This document shows positions 1-10,759 of a stretch of 64,000 bases of DNA, in pieces. A program made the position numbers and the translations under genes. The notes below the pieces were generated by a model, which worked only from the letters and a program-made list of their open reading frames with translations, did no database searches and was not told where the DNA came from. The DNA is from Tubiluchus corallicola (taxonomy: Eukaryota; Animalia; Priapulida). The number at the start of each line of letters is the position of its first letter. Position 1 is the stretch's first letter. The stretch lies in assembly GCA_030141605.1 (NCBI GenBank), contig JAQGDQ010000874.1, forward strand, positions 1-64,000, read 5' to 3'.

Positions 1-960
1 AAGTTGACCAATGGTTCAGTTAGTGTAAGTTGACCAATGGTTTAGTTAGTGAATGAATGTGAAAAGATAAACACTAAGTGTAACTACAATATGCATAACG
101 ACACTTATTTATGGGAAGGTGCTGCCCTCTACGAGCAGTGCGGAGAGGCAAGGACAGGAGAACAATGATGGTCGCGTTTTTATTCACAGCAATGTTTTTT
201 ATCGTTATTGTGTTATAGTTAATAACAGCGTTTAGTTATTACCAAATTTGTACCTTGAGAAATGTTAAATCTTGACGAAGAGCCAACGATGTAAGTTACA
301 TGAATTTAAATAATTTAATTAAGTTATGAATTCGATCTCTGAAATTTGAGAAAGTACTTTTACCTATAAGTTGACTTCTTCTTAATTATTAAGCTTCTGT
401 ACATCAGTCTATTTATTTTCTTACTTGTTAATGTTCTCTTTATTATTCTCTTTAAAATAAACGGCTTTGGAACATGAATGAAATAGTGAAGGCTTTCTGT
501 ACATAACACTAAGTTATTGTCCGTTAGAAAATTATGCCTCGGGGAGATAAGATCTAGAACTGATAATGCCATGATCTAATGAATAACAATGGCATAAAGA
601 CTACTGATGACTTTATTGATAAAGAAGATCTTTTAGGATCAGAAAAACCAATTTAATATATGTAAGTTAAAGGTGCGTTATCGGTTATTAGTTCAATTAC
701 AGCTCAACAGATGGTGACACCGTGAATTTATAACGGAGAACAAACAAACAAATACTAATGTCACCTAATTTTTTGTCGCAAAAAAGAATGTTGTGCAGCT
801 ATAATTTGGTAAAATATTTTATAAACTTTCTTCAAAAATGTGTGAAAAGGTTAGAGAGAGAGAGAGAGAGAAAGAGAGAAATCAATAAATGAATATTGAA
901 TCAACCTGATTAAAAGGAATTGAACATCTAATTAAAATATATAGTCAGTAAAATACTTAC

Positions 961-996
961 GAAGCTTATGCATATTAAAACAAGAGATCTCTTCAT
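961..996 (-). CDS. Signal-peptide exon 1 (MKRSLVLICISF) of the left-hand paralog of the secreted orphan gene; the rest of the gene would lie left of the window
   Basis: The minus strand reads ATG AAG AGA TCT CTT GTT TTA ATA TGC ATA AGC TTC|GTAAGT. It mirrors 21040-21075 with one synonymous change (TTA/CTA) and an intact donor. Confidence 0.7.
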
Positions 997-1749
997 CCTA
1001 GCAACGAGTCACTTCTAATATCGACTGAGCTCAAGTTCCTAAACCGAACTATTAAAATTTCTAATATTAACTGATATGAGCAACTATGTCGCAGGTGCTG
1101 ATCATACGAAAGCAGACAATAGAAGCAGTGATGCTCGCTATCATTCCTTCCGCACTGATGCACAAATTATTACAAATTCTTGCATGGCAAGACGACCACG
1201 ATCATCTAGGACCGCCGCTGCTGCATCAGCATCTCTAGAAGTGGAGCAATCACCTGTTCGAATCTCGCGCAGTCGGATCCGACGGTACGCTTCCGGGGGA
1301 GTTTGTTTGTTCAAGAACACTTGAGCAATGAAGATGGTTTGCTTTGAAGATTTGCGTCCTTTCTTCGCGTCACGGTAAACACGGTAGGAAACTTTTGAGC
1401 AGCGCGTGTAGGCAATTCTAAACAAGCTGATTGGACTAGCAAACCGTCCAGTAGTGAAAGTTCAGTCTGTTAGATCGACCACATAGATAAGCGATGTGTG
1501 TCGACATTACCTAATCGACGTAACTTCAAAGCTAAAGTTTAAAAAAAACTTTAGAAAGAAAGATTAAAGAAACAGTCCTTCAGGGTTTCGAACTTGCGAT
1601 CTTCCTTTCTTTAATCATTGAGCCACCCTGATTTTTCATAATTATGATGGTAACAAAACGTGTTGATAGCAAGAAAATTAAGCATCGCGTCACAATTAAT
1701 GCCTTTAATGAGTAGACGTGGAATTAGTTATATGTCTAATTTTAATAAC

Positions 1750-1764
1750 AAAAACAACAACAGC

Positions 1765-1850
<86 letters not shown>

Positions 1851-2020
1851 TAATAATGGTGATGATGATGATGACGACGACGATGATGATAATGATAATA
1901 ATAATGATGGTGATGATAATGATGTTGATGATGATAATGATGATGACGATGATATTGATGTTGATGATGATAATGATGATGATGATGATGACAATGACGG
2001 TGATGATAATGATGATGATA
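1750..2020. repeat. Compound (AAT)n/(GAT)n microsatellite (mirror copy ~19927-20288)
   Basis: Directly visible trinucleotide runs; source of the spurious poly-N/D/I/M ORFs. Confidence 0.95.
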
Positions 2021-2284
2021 AACACTTTATTTCACAAACATAAACACTTCCACTGCTAAAGTCAAATCTAAACTGCTGTTCAGTAATGAAAAGAACTAAA
2101 CCAAAATTTAATGACGAACAAAAATCAAACTTATTTGCAAGGGCTGAAAATCATGATAATGAAATCAATGTTCAAACACAAACAAACTGCTAAATACTTT
2201 GAGTAAAGTCAACTCAAGATTCTTGGTCAAGTCCAACTTTTCCAATTTTCTGACTCGAATCCAGTCCCAAGTCACCCAACCTGG

Positions 2285-2770
2285 CATGCATACTGTACTA
2301 GAAGCACTACTGCTTACCTTTGGCGTTTGTGTGTGATTTCAATGTAGATATTTTTTCACTTGAAACTATAGAGATGGAAGACATTGTTCTTGGTATCAAA
2401 GCCAAGGAAATGTTTGACAAACGACACCCTAAGCTGATAGTTCTGCCCCGTCCATCTCAAAGTCGCATATAATGTATCAACACGGAAGCTGTTTAACTTT
2501 TCATATGATACGAGCGCAAGATATATTTCTACTAGACTAAATATTATTTATTTTGATGTGATTCATAGAAAATCTGCATACACTATATACGTCACGCTGA
2601 ATAACAGTGAAAATTTTATATGCAAGAACATTTTAAACAGTGATGCAAACTTTACTTCTGTAATTAGATGTCATTGGCATAGTTTGTTATATCATTAATT
2701 GTGTTATTGTTGTGTGTCATGATTTATTGTATTAATTTGTGATGTGTATATGAACTTTGAAATAAAATAT
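2285..2770 (+). mobile_element. Possible degenerate LINE (L1/Tx1-like) ORF2 3' remnant; mirror copy ~19150-19625
   Basis: The mirror ORF reads HAYC..TAYFW...MEDIVLG, resembling the H-x-x-C...FW...ILLG tail of LINE ORF2, followed by AATAAA near 2760. Weak motif recall only. Confidence 0.35.
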
Positions 2771-3928
2771 TAAATCTAAATTCTATTGTAAATTGAAGTT
2801 GTTTATGTAATAAAAACATTAAACAATTACTTGTGGTGTATCAGGAACACAATTAATCTAGTCTCTACTTGATCATTATTTTAAATTAAAATTACTTGTA
2901 GTTGCATAGCGCTTATATTACCGCACGTGTTGGTTATGCGGCAATTATATGCAATCTGAGCTCACTAACTGCCTGTGGTGTGTTATAAAATGCGCCCACT
3001 TTACACAAATATGAAAGCATACACATTTTCCGATTAGAAAAAGAATTTTTTCTAAAATGTGATACCATTAAACTTTGGTGACCTAGGCTATAGCCTTGTT
3101 AGCCTATTGGTTGATACGCCCCCGCTCACAGAAGTGAATACTAAATTTTACATTGTATTTCATACAAGCAGTATTTTTGAATTTACGTTGAATACACTAT
3201 ATTCTCCAGAGACTAATCCACAAAACAATAACTGTTTACATGAATTCAGCACCTCCTCCAGAAAGCTTGAAAACTACGGAATGCAGTACTACACCACAAT
3301 CAATTTAAATACAGATTCTGTAGCTAACACACCACAAGTAATTATGGCAGGCGGCACTTTATATGTATATGGAGACATTCGTTTTTAATAGCGTTTTGCC
3401 TTGATTTACTATTCTTTTCTTTCTGACAACTGCTGGCTGAAAATTAGCTAGCAGTTTTTGTGATGTAATTAACGTTATAATATTGTTCGGTTTTAGCGTT
3501 CAATATTTTTCCTTTTTTTGTAAACAGACATCTTACGCACGATTAATTTACACAGTTTTCTGAGTGCATGCCATGGTGGAGAGTAACTAAAGGGAGTCGT
3601 AGTTAGAAGACAATTATACAGTAATAAAACATGTCATCATTGTCATGACCATTATGCTCTTTGTCACACCATCATCGTTGCCGCCTTCATCATCATCTTC
3701 ACGACTATCGTCTACGTCATCAGCATCTTTAGCTTCAACATATGTTTATCAACACGTTTTAGCTTCACTAGATTTACTTATATCAGCACTACTCGTCATT
3801 GAAGCCAACCAATCCAATGATTTTTGTTCTCGATAACTTTAGATCAGCAACAGGAATTTTCCACCACAAGTCTGTCAGCTCTGCTTCAAGCTTCATTCTC
3901 CTAAGAGAAACGCAGTTGTCACCCTGGT

Positions 3929-4202
3929 CAGGGCCTATTTCAGCCTAGGCGAGGCCCGGGGAAGTGGGGCGCGTGGGGCCCCCCATTAAGCGCCGGGGAG
4001 AAGGCGCCACCGTGGTTGGCGCCCAGAAAATTTTTGAACTGCTAGAACGCCGGAGAAGCATTTTCGAAGAGAAAATATGAAGTTATACAGTTGTTAAAGG
4101 AAAGAACAATTGAAAGAAAAACTGATTTATTCTCAAGACCAGTCCTTAATACTTGTCAATACTGGCAAACGGCATGCGTGTGGCAAGAGAGAGAGAGGGA
4201 GA

Positions 4203-4274
<72 letters not shown>

Positions 4275-4346
4275 TAAAGCAAAAAAAATGTTTTTCAGAC
4301 AGAGCGAGGCTGAATATCCCCACTTCCCCCCTTGAAATAGGCCCTG
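3929..4346. mobile_element. hAT-type MITE with an internal (GA)n tract
   Basis: Perfect 14-bp TIRs CAGGGCCTATTTCA/TGAAATAGGCCCTG; 8-bp TSD ACCCTGGT/ATCCTGGT; empty site in the right arm; truncated second copy at 7630-7846. Confidence 0.9.
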
Positions 4347-4527
4347 ATCCTGGTCATCATCAGCATTAACACCATCATCACCGTCACCATCATTAGCATA
4401 ATTGTCATCTTTGTCATCATCATCATCATCATCCTATCATCATCATCATCGTCATCATCATATAGTAGTAGAAGTAGGAGCAGTAGAGTGAGAGAGCGAT
4501 TATTATTCTTTATTTAAAATTACACAC

Positions 4528-4613
4528 AACCTAGCCATTGGGGGGTGGGGGAGGGGACAAGCCAGCCCAACTGAGTGCCGGTCCCAAGCCCGGATAAATA
4601 GGGAGGGTTAGGG
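4528..4613 (+). ncRNA. Twister ribozyme (P1-type), 3' cleavage product lacking the P1 5' strand
   Basis: Core TGCCGGTCCCAAGCCCGGATAAA...GAGGG matches the twister consensus as recalled from the rice Osa-1-4 ribozyme. P2 CCTA/TAGG and an optional P3 stem TTGGG/CCCAA can form. Confidence 0.8.
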
Positions 4614-5018
4614 TCAGGAAGGGCATCCGCCTGTAAAAACTGCGCCAAAACTTTCTATGAATGAGTCGGTGAGACTCCACAAAGAAGTGGTCAGACCTGC
4701 TCTAATCTATGGGCTGGAAGCAGCTTCTCTAAAGCAGACCGAAGAGAAGAAAATGGGTGTGGTGGAGATGAGGATGTTGAGATGGATGGTGGGAATAACA
4801 AGAAGAGATAAAATTAGAAATAATAATATCAAAGGAACAGTAAAAGTAGTGGAAGCCTCGCAAGGTTGTGATGGTATGAACAACTGAAAAGAAGAGGCGA
4901 TGAAGATCTTGTGGGAAGGGAAGACATAAATGAAGCGATGGTCAACAACACGAATGCGCGGAGAAGACTCATTCACAACGGCGACCCCGAATAGGGAAAA
5001 GCTGGGAAGAAGAAGAAG
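4528..5018 (+). mobile_element. Short internally deleted RTE-clade retroposon with a 5' twister ribozyme and (GAA)n tail
   Basis: 16-17-bp TSD ATTTAAAATTACACAC(A) at 4512 and 5019; the ORF remnant VVRPALIYGLE...MRMLRWMVGITRRDKIRN is typical of the RTE ORF C-terminus; 3' GAAGAAGAAG tail. Confidence 0.9.
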
Positions 5019-5359
5019 ATTTAAAATTACACACATATACTGAAAGAGAGAGACAGATAGGCACTTTATTAGCAGGGTAATTAAGCATCCACCATCAATA
5101 CGAGAGAAATGCAGCCACGCATATTTTAAAAATTTAATGATTAACAAGAATGGAACATGGATAAAAAATTCATTCTCAGAGGGGTTTGAAGACCTGCTTA
5201 TGGTTAATAGCTCTAACCAAGTTACCATATAGCAATGAGAGAAAGCAGTGTTTTGTAAAATGTATATAGTTTCTTGTGAATATTATTAATAATAATATTA
5301 TTATTAGTATATTATTATTATTATTATTATTAATACATGTGAATAAACCTTTTCATCAG

Positions 5360-5690
5360 TTCGTTGTGCGCACGCGCAGTTGCTGTAAGTCATCCTTAAG
5401 TTTGCCAAAGCAACGTGTTTTAACTGCAACCCCGACGTGACATGTGGATAAAACAAAGTCGTCTGCTGCATCAATTCAATAAATTCAGTTGTTTTACGTG
5501 GACTTTACTTAATTATGCATTGGTCTGTGCGTAGTGCGATTTATTTAGCAGGATCTTTGCTTGGGAACAAGAAAAAACGAACTAGGCAAGGTTCTAGCTA
5601 GCTGTTTAAACTGTTACGTTGTCAAATGTACATAAATGCATTGTCTAGTACACTTAACCTTTGGCTTTTTCACGGTCATGAAAAGCCTTG
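5360..5690. repeat. Interspersed repeat family A (other copies ~25800-26090 inverted, ~41690-42050, ~45090-45580, ~63040-63085)
   Basis: Shared blocks such as cagttgttttacgtggactttacttaattatgcat and gacctttt-cacgatcatcatc recur at these positions; class unknown. Confidence 0.75.
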
Positions 5691-6335
5691 TTATTAAGTA
5701 ATAATTAACTATTTAGCAGTAACTGCAGGCGGATGCAGTCACAATTACGCTGTATATTAATAATGAGTTTGTGACGGGAACACAAAAGAATTTCCTTCAT
5801 AGCATATGATGTTCTCAGAAATCTTTATTTCAGTATATAAAAATGAAAATAATAAATTTGACTGCTTTCACTGCTTACAAACGTGTAATGATCTGATTAT
5901 TATAATTTAAGACAATAAAAGTAAATATTACTAAGATCGTGAGGCTATAACAACTTAATACATCCTTGGAACGTCATACTGGTTTACAGTAAATCAGGTA
6001 AAGACGCTACAAATAATTACTTGAAAATTGATCTAAACATTATTTAACGTTTCTGAGGCTTCTGTAAGCGTGTTTAGTGAGGCTCAACCTAATTTACAAC
6101 TTCACAGGTAAAATTACAGGTGAGTTCACATAGGTGCTGCCACCTACATGTTAAGGCCAGAAACTGACCTTAACAGAGTTCTTGAACTTTTCCAGTAATG
6201 ATTTTCTATGAAGTAAATGGACCATCAACTAATTGTTTAATTAACACATTAACACAAGCAAATTTACTATGAAACGTATGCAAAGCAGTTCATGCTATGA
6301 GACTGTAATACTTGTTATGATTATAACTTGAAGGC

Positions 6336-6801
6336 CGAAGTCTGATCACCGAAGTTAGGCAACGTACAGCCTGGTTAGTGCTTGGATGGGTGACCGCCTA
6401 GGAATACCAGGTGCTGCAGGCTTGCGGGATGCCCACACTGTATCTCGACACTAGGCGGCGGAGCTGCACAAGCAGCCAACGGCTAGAGGACGGAGGAGGT
6501 CAAGTGACCCAACGGCCATGTTTAGAGGAGTAAACCTTCCAAATCAGGAGTGGAGCCCCGAAGGCAGACCAGTGCACCATGCTCACTGACTCCGGCAGCT
6601 CCTGCTGCCAACCTGGTGCCAAACGTATCGCTCCACTTTCCTTTGGACTACACCAGGGAGGAAGAGAGGGGTTCCTGTTGTCTGGGCAACTCAGGATCTC
6701 CGTACACCTTGCCCAGGCATACGCCCTGGTGACGTTCAAGGATCGGACTCTCTTGGCGCACATTCCATTGTCTTCCGAGACAGAAGGATGCCAACAACAA
6801 C
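6336..6801 (+). mobile_element. 5S rRNA-derived SINE (SINE3-like), 5'-truncated
   Basis: 6340-6423 matches the 3' two-thirds of 5S rRNA (GTCTGATC..GAAG..GCCTGGTTAGT.CTTGGATGGG.GACCGCCT.GGAATACC.GGTGCTG.AGGCTT), followed by a unique body and (CAA)n tail; TSD AACTTGAAGGC/AACATGAAGGC; part of the body recurs inverted at ~26994-27127. Confidence 0.85.
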
Positions 6802-7629
6802 AACATGAAGGCATTGAGAACGGCACTCGTCATAAACAGGTTAAAACAGCCACTGCTCTGCAATGGCGTCCTGACTCCAAGCAAAAGGTACCAGGTTCAA
6901 ATCTTGGCTGAGTTGATTTCTTTTCACGTTAGTCAAGAATAATATAATTTTGTACAGCGAGCACTTAACTGTTTCATGAGAAAGAAACGTGACTTAGCAG
7001 AAAATTAATCAATTCACTTCTCTATCGTCTGTTGCAAACATTGAGGTATTAACATTTGCTAGAGTATTCCACCCACTTCTATCTGCAGCTAACAGCGACT
7101 CGTAAAGATAGATTTGGTTGAAGTTGTTGAACATCTTTGCTTATCTTAGTTATCCAAGTTGTTTTTTGGTTTGCGAGGTGGTTTGTTGAAAGGTATTAAG
7201 TTATATGGGCTCTAGAATGTAATTGTTTCGATTTTTTGACAGACTTGGCCGTCATACTAACATATCTTACTCTCCCTTAATTCCATGTATTCAGATTGCC
7301 TACTAATCTTGTTAATTAATGTTATTTTGCTTGTTGATCTGTTTGTTTATTTGATTTGATTGTAGCAAGAGTATGAATGAAAATAATTTATACATATTAA
7401 GGCTTCCTTTAAGGCGATTCTTACTGGTTCTTCACTTGGTAATCTTAGAAGCATCTTAGTCTTCGGATCTTTGGCATTACGCAACCAGAATGAATGAGTT
7501 TGTCGCAAATTTCTGTAGAACAGACATGGCACTGCATCTTAGTTATCCAAGTTGTTTTTTGGTTTGCCAGGCGTTTTTAAAGCTTCTTTTAAGACGATTC
7601 TTACTGGTGATTCATTTGATAATCTTAGG

Positions 7630-7846
7630 CAGGGCCTATTTCAGCCTAAGCGAGGCCCGCGGAACGGAAGCGTGAGGCACCTCGGGGGGGGGGGGGGTTG
7701 TAGCACCACCATGGTTGGCGTCCAGAAAATTTTTGAACAGCTAGAACGCCGGAGAAGCATTTCCGAAGAGAAAATATGGAGTTATACAGTTGTTAAAGGA
7801 AAGGAGAATTGAAAGAAAAACTGATTCTTAAGACCAGTCCTTAATA
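7630..7846. mobile_element. Truncated copy of the hAT MITE at 3929
   Basis: Starts CAGGGCCTATTTCAGCC and is collinear with 3929-4152 before being cut by a family-B element. Confidence 0.8.
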
Positions 7847-8561
7847 CATCACAAACGAACATAATTTTCAACAGCAAAAATATTCCACGAGTGTGTTGTG
7901 CGTGTTTGCGAAAGACAAAATAAAAGTCTTGCGAAAGCAAAAAGTAAATTACAGTTCAGTGTGTTGTGTTAAAACTAGGCAAGTTTTAAGATAAAAATTC
8001 AAATTTCAAATTCACAGCTGTGCTCACTCATGAGTTGTCGAACGCGTGTAGTTCATCACAAACTAGCACATCTGAATGGAAAGGTGCAGCACCTGTTTTT
8101 GTGCTGTGCATTTTCGAAATGCAGGTGCAAGTGCTCGTCTAACTAGCAAATGGCGAAATGCGAGTAACAGCAAAGAACTAGTGGCGCAAACGTGAAATTG
8201 TGTTTGTGTGGTAATAATTCTTTCATGTAAGTCATTTTTGAGAAAAATAGTATATATTTTTTAATATTTTAAAGAGTAGATTGTTTTGACATACAGTTTA
8301 AGATTGGATCATGTTTTTCTTTAGGTAATCATCAGCAATTACTCAACAACAAACAAAAGTCACAAAACTTGAACAATTTTTGAATTGTAAGAACCAGTTT
8401 TCTTAGAAAATCAGAACATACCAAGTGTAAGAAAATAAAGCAGTTTTGGTATTGAAACATACCTAAATGTACTTATTAACATCCCAAGTGTAAGAAAATA
8501 AAGCACTTTTGGTATTGAAACATACCTAAATGTACTTATTAACATTCTTATAATATTATTA

Positions 8562-9157
8562 CAGTCACACCCCTCTATACCACCTACTTTGGCACTGCAA
8601 GAAAGTTGGCATCAAACGAGTTTAGCATTATAACAAGGCGGATTAATACATACACTAGCAAAGGCCCCGCAAAAATTGCGTATAAGAACACTTATAATGA
8701 ATAATACGCGAACATTCTACCTAGTCCTCATTTATAACGCAAAGCCAGCAGTAGCAGCTTTTACTGAATTAAAGCTATAAGGTTATAGGCAGAGTATAAT
8801 GGATGACGTCAGAACAATGGTATTGCGTCAGCAGTTTTCCAAGCGAAAATTGCCAAAAATAGAACATCCAATTAACTCGTCGGTACTCCTCTTGGTGGAC
8901 GTGTCCTAAAATATAGCCCACATCATCGTGTAGCCCTGTTCCTCCTCTTTCTAAAGAGCTATATATCTCCTTTCGAGAGTCCCACCAGGCGCCGCTAGAA
9001 CGTTTTTTCCGCATGCTGTTTGGTCAAAATTTCGACAAAATCGCGAGTTTGGTCCGGGAAAACGCCCGTTACGGGACGCCGTGATATTTTGTTTTGCTAA
9101 AAATCTGGTTGTTAAGCCTGGCTTTATAAAGGTGGGTATCATAACGAGGTGTGACTG
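8562..9157. mobile_element. Tc1/mariner (pogo/Tigger-like) non-autonomous element
   Basis: TA|CAGTCACACC...GGTGTGACTG inverted termini. Confidence 0.65.
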
Positions 9158-9464
9158 CATGTTAAACAGTAATTATGGCAGTGTGATTTAATAAAGAACT
9201 ATAGTTAAGCACAAACAGTAGCTTCCAACAAGCGACAAGACGTTACAGTTAAAAAAGCACCTTATTGAAGGAATGAATACAAATCAGCGACTCACACCAA
9301 AGAGTCAAAATTCAGTCTCATTCAAAACTTCCGCTAAAGACTAAGGACTAACAACTTTTCACTGTTGAACAAATCAGACAATCTAGAATTTCTACCGTTT
9401 CACAATAATGTAAACTAATAGTAAATATTTCCAAAAACAGTATATAAAGTTTCGCTGGCTTTAA

Positions 9465-9900
9465 CCCTTTCATACCCGTTGTATCCCGTGAGAGACGAGA
9501 TTATTTTCTGCCTTTGAAATTAATAAAATTTTAAAACTGAGAGTTATTTGATCTGTTAATAGTTATTTTGATTTAAGCCAATAACAATAGACTAAAAATG
9601 GTGATAAAATGGTAAACTAGAAAATCTACATAGCATAAAAAACTGCGCAAGGTACAGTACTTTAGAGACGACTTTGTACAGATCAGCATAGCATGCATAC
9701 TAAATGTCTTAAATACTTTAAAAAATTAGCAGCGATGTAAAATGAAGCGCATATTTTGCTTTTGTTGGGTTTTTAAAAAGTCGGACTTTGTTTTTTCGCA
9801 TATGACAAAGAATGTTGTGTATCCCACAGGATACATTGGGAACAAAAGTACCAAGCCAAAAATTTTTTTCTTATTAAAAAATAATTTGGGAGTGAAAGGG
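9465..9900. mobile_element. piggyBac-like MITE (inverted second copy 42452-42910)
   Basis: TTAA|CCCTTTCA...TGAAAGGG|TTAA; the internal sequence is the reverse complement of 42452-42910. Confidence 0.85.
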
Positions 9901-10759
9901 TTAAACAACTTATATCATTTGGCAAAAGTTGTATCTACTAAAACATGACGCACACTCACGCTAAAGCATTCAGTAACAAGTACGTAGCTAACAAAGTTGC
10001 TCTAATTTGACTTGATATCTCACTATGTATAGAAATGGCAATTCGTGATCTGTGGTTAATAAACATGTATAAATCGAATGGCTTTTACAATACTTAGGAC
10101 GGTTAATAGCGTAACTGTGCTTTTAAGTCATAGGACGGAAATAAAAAGCGAATCGGAATTAAGGTACAACGCCAAGTCTGCATGATGTGTATACGACAGT
10201 TTATATTTAAAAACGTGGAAGTTTCCGTGCGTACATAATGCGCAGTCCGTAAAGCGTGATACGCATTCACTCGAAGCGATGGCTATCGTCAGAATAAGCA
10301 TCGCGCATTACGCGCACATGGTGTCGTAGTTTTAGGCACTTTAACACAAAATTGCTTTTGCAGGTGGGAAATTTTATACTTTATACGAGCGGGACGCATA
10401 ATAATTTTGAAAAAAATCACTTCTGGATACCAAAGGACTTTTATAGCTGGCTTGCTCACGTCACAAAAATCAAGTCGACTTGAAACTATTTTCAGTTACA
10501 GTACTATGTAATCCCACATCACTAATGAATAGCAACTACCCAAAGAGTGAGATAGTTAATTATCATTTCCTGAACAGAAGCAAACTACTTGCATCTGTTA
10601 TTGTAAAAACGTTTTTATCCCTGAAGTAACTCACAGAAAAATAATTAGTTCCAGGCACATATACATTAAGTGATTAAATATCACAAAAAAACAACAATAA
10701 CAACAATCCAAAAATAGTTATTAAAATTTACCGGCCTTCGACGACCAGAAGTAAATGAA

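Larger units (their letters stand above)
1..4460 (-). repeat. Left arm of a large inverted segmental duplication (partner ~17850-22106); continues past the window's left edge
   Basis: Position 1 (aagttgacca...) is the reverse complement of sequence ending at 22106. Collinear reverse-complement similarity continues through 3920 (cgcagttgtc vs gacaactgcg at ~18007) and past a MITE to ~4460. The 82-aa ORFs at 1076-1324 and 20712-20960 are identical. Confidence 0.95.

Noticed and set aside
1076-1425. 82-aa and 94-aa ORFs duplicated in both arms (also 20513-20960)
   Set aside because: No recognisable domain. Identity is explained by the duplication, the 94-aa frame has a stop in the right arm, and the region lies just upstream of the signal-peptide exon, so it is more likely regulatory.
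1660-2059. Poly-N/D/I/M/H/S/C ORFs here and at ~19888-20370, 28586-28984, 29408-30546, 53479-54669 and 58539-59274
   Set aside because: Translations of micro- or minisatellites that are open in several frames.
6340-6423. Functional 5S rRNA gene
   Set aside because: Lacks the 5' third and a T-run terminator; fused to a SINE body and flanked by a TSD.
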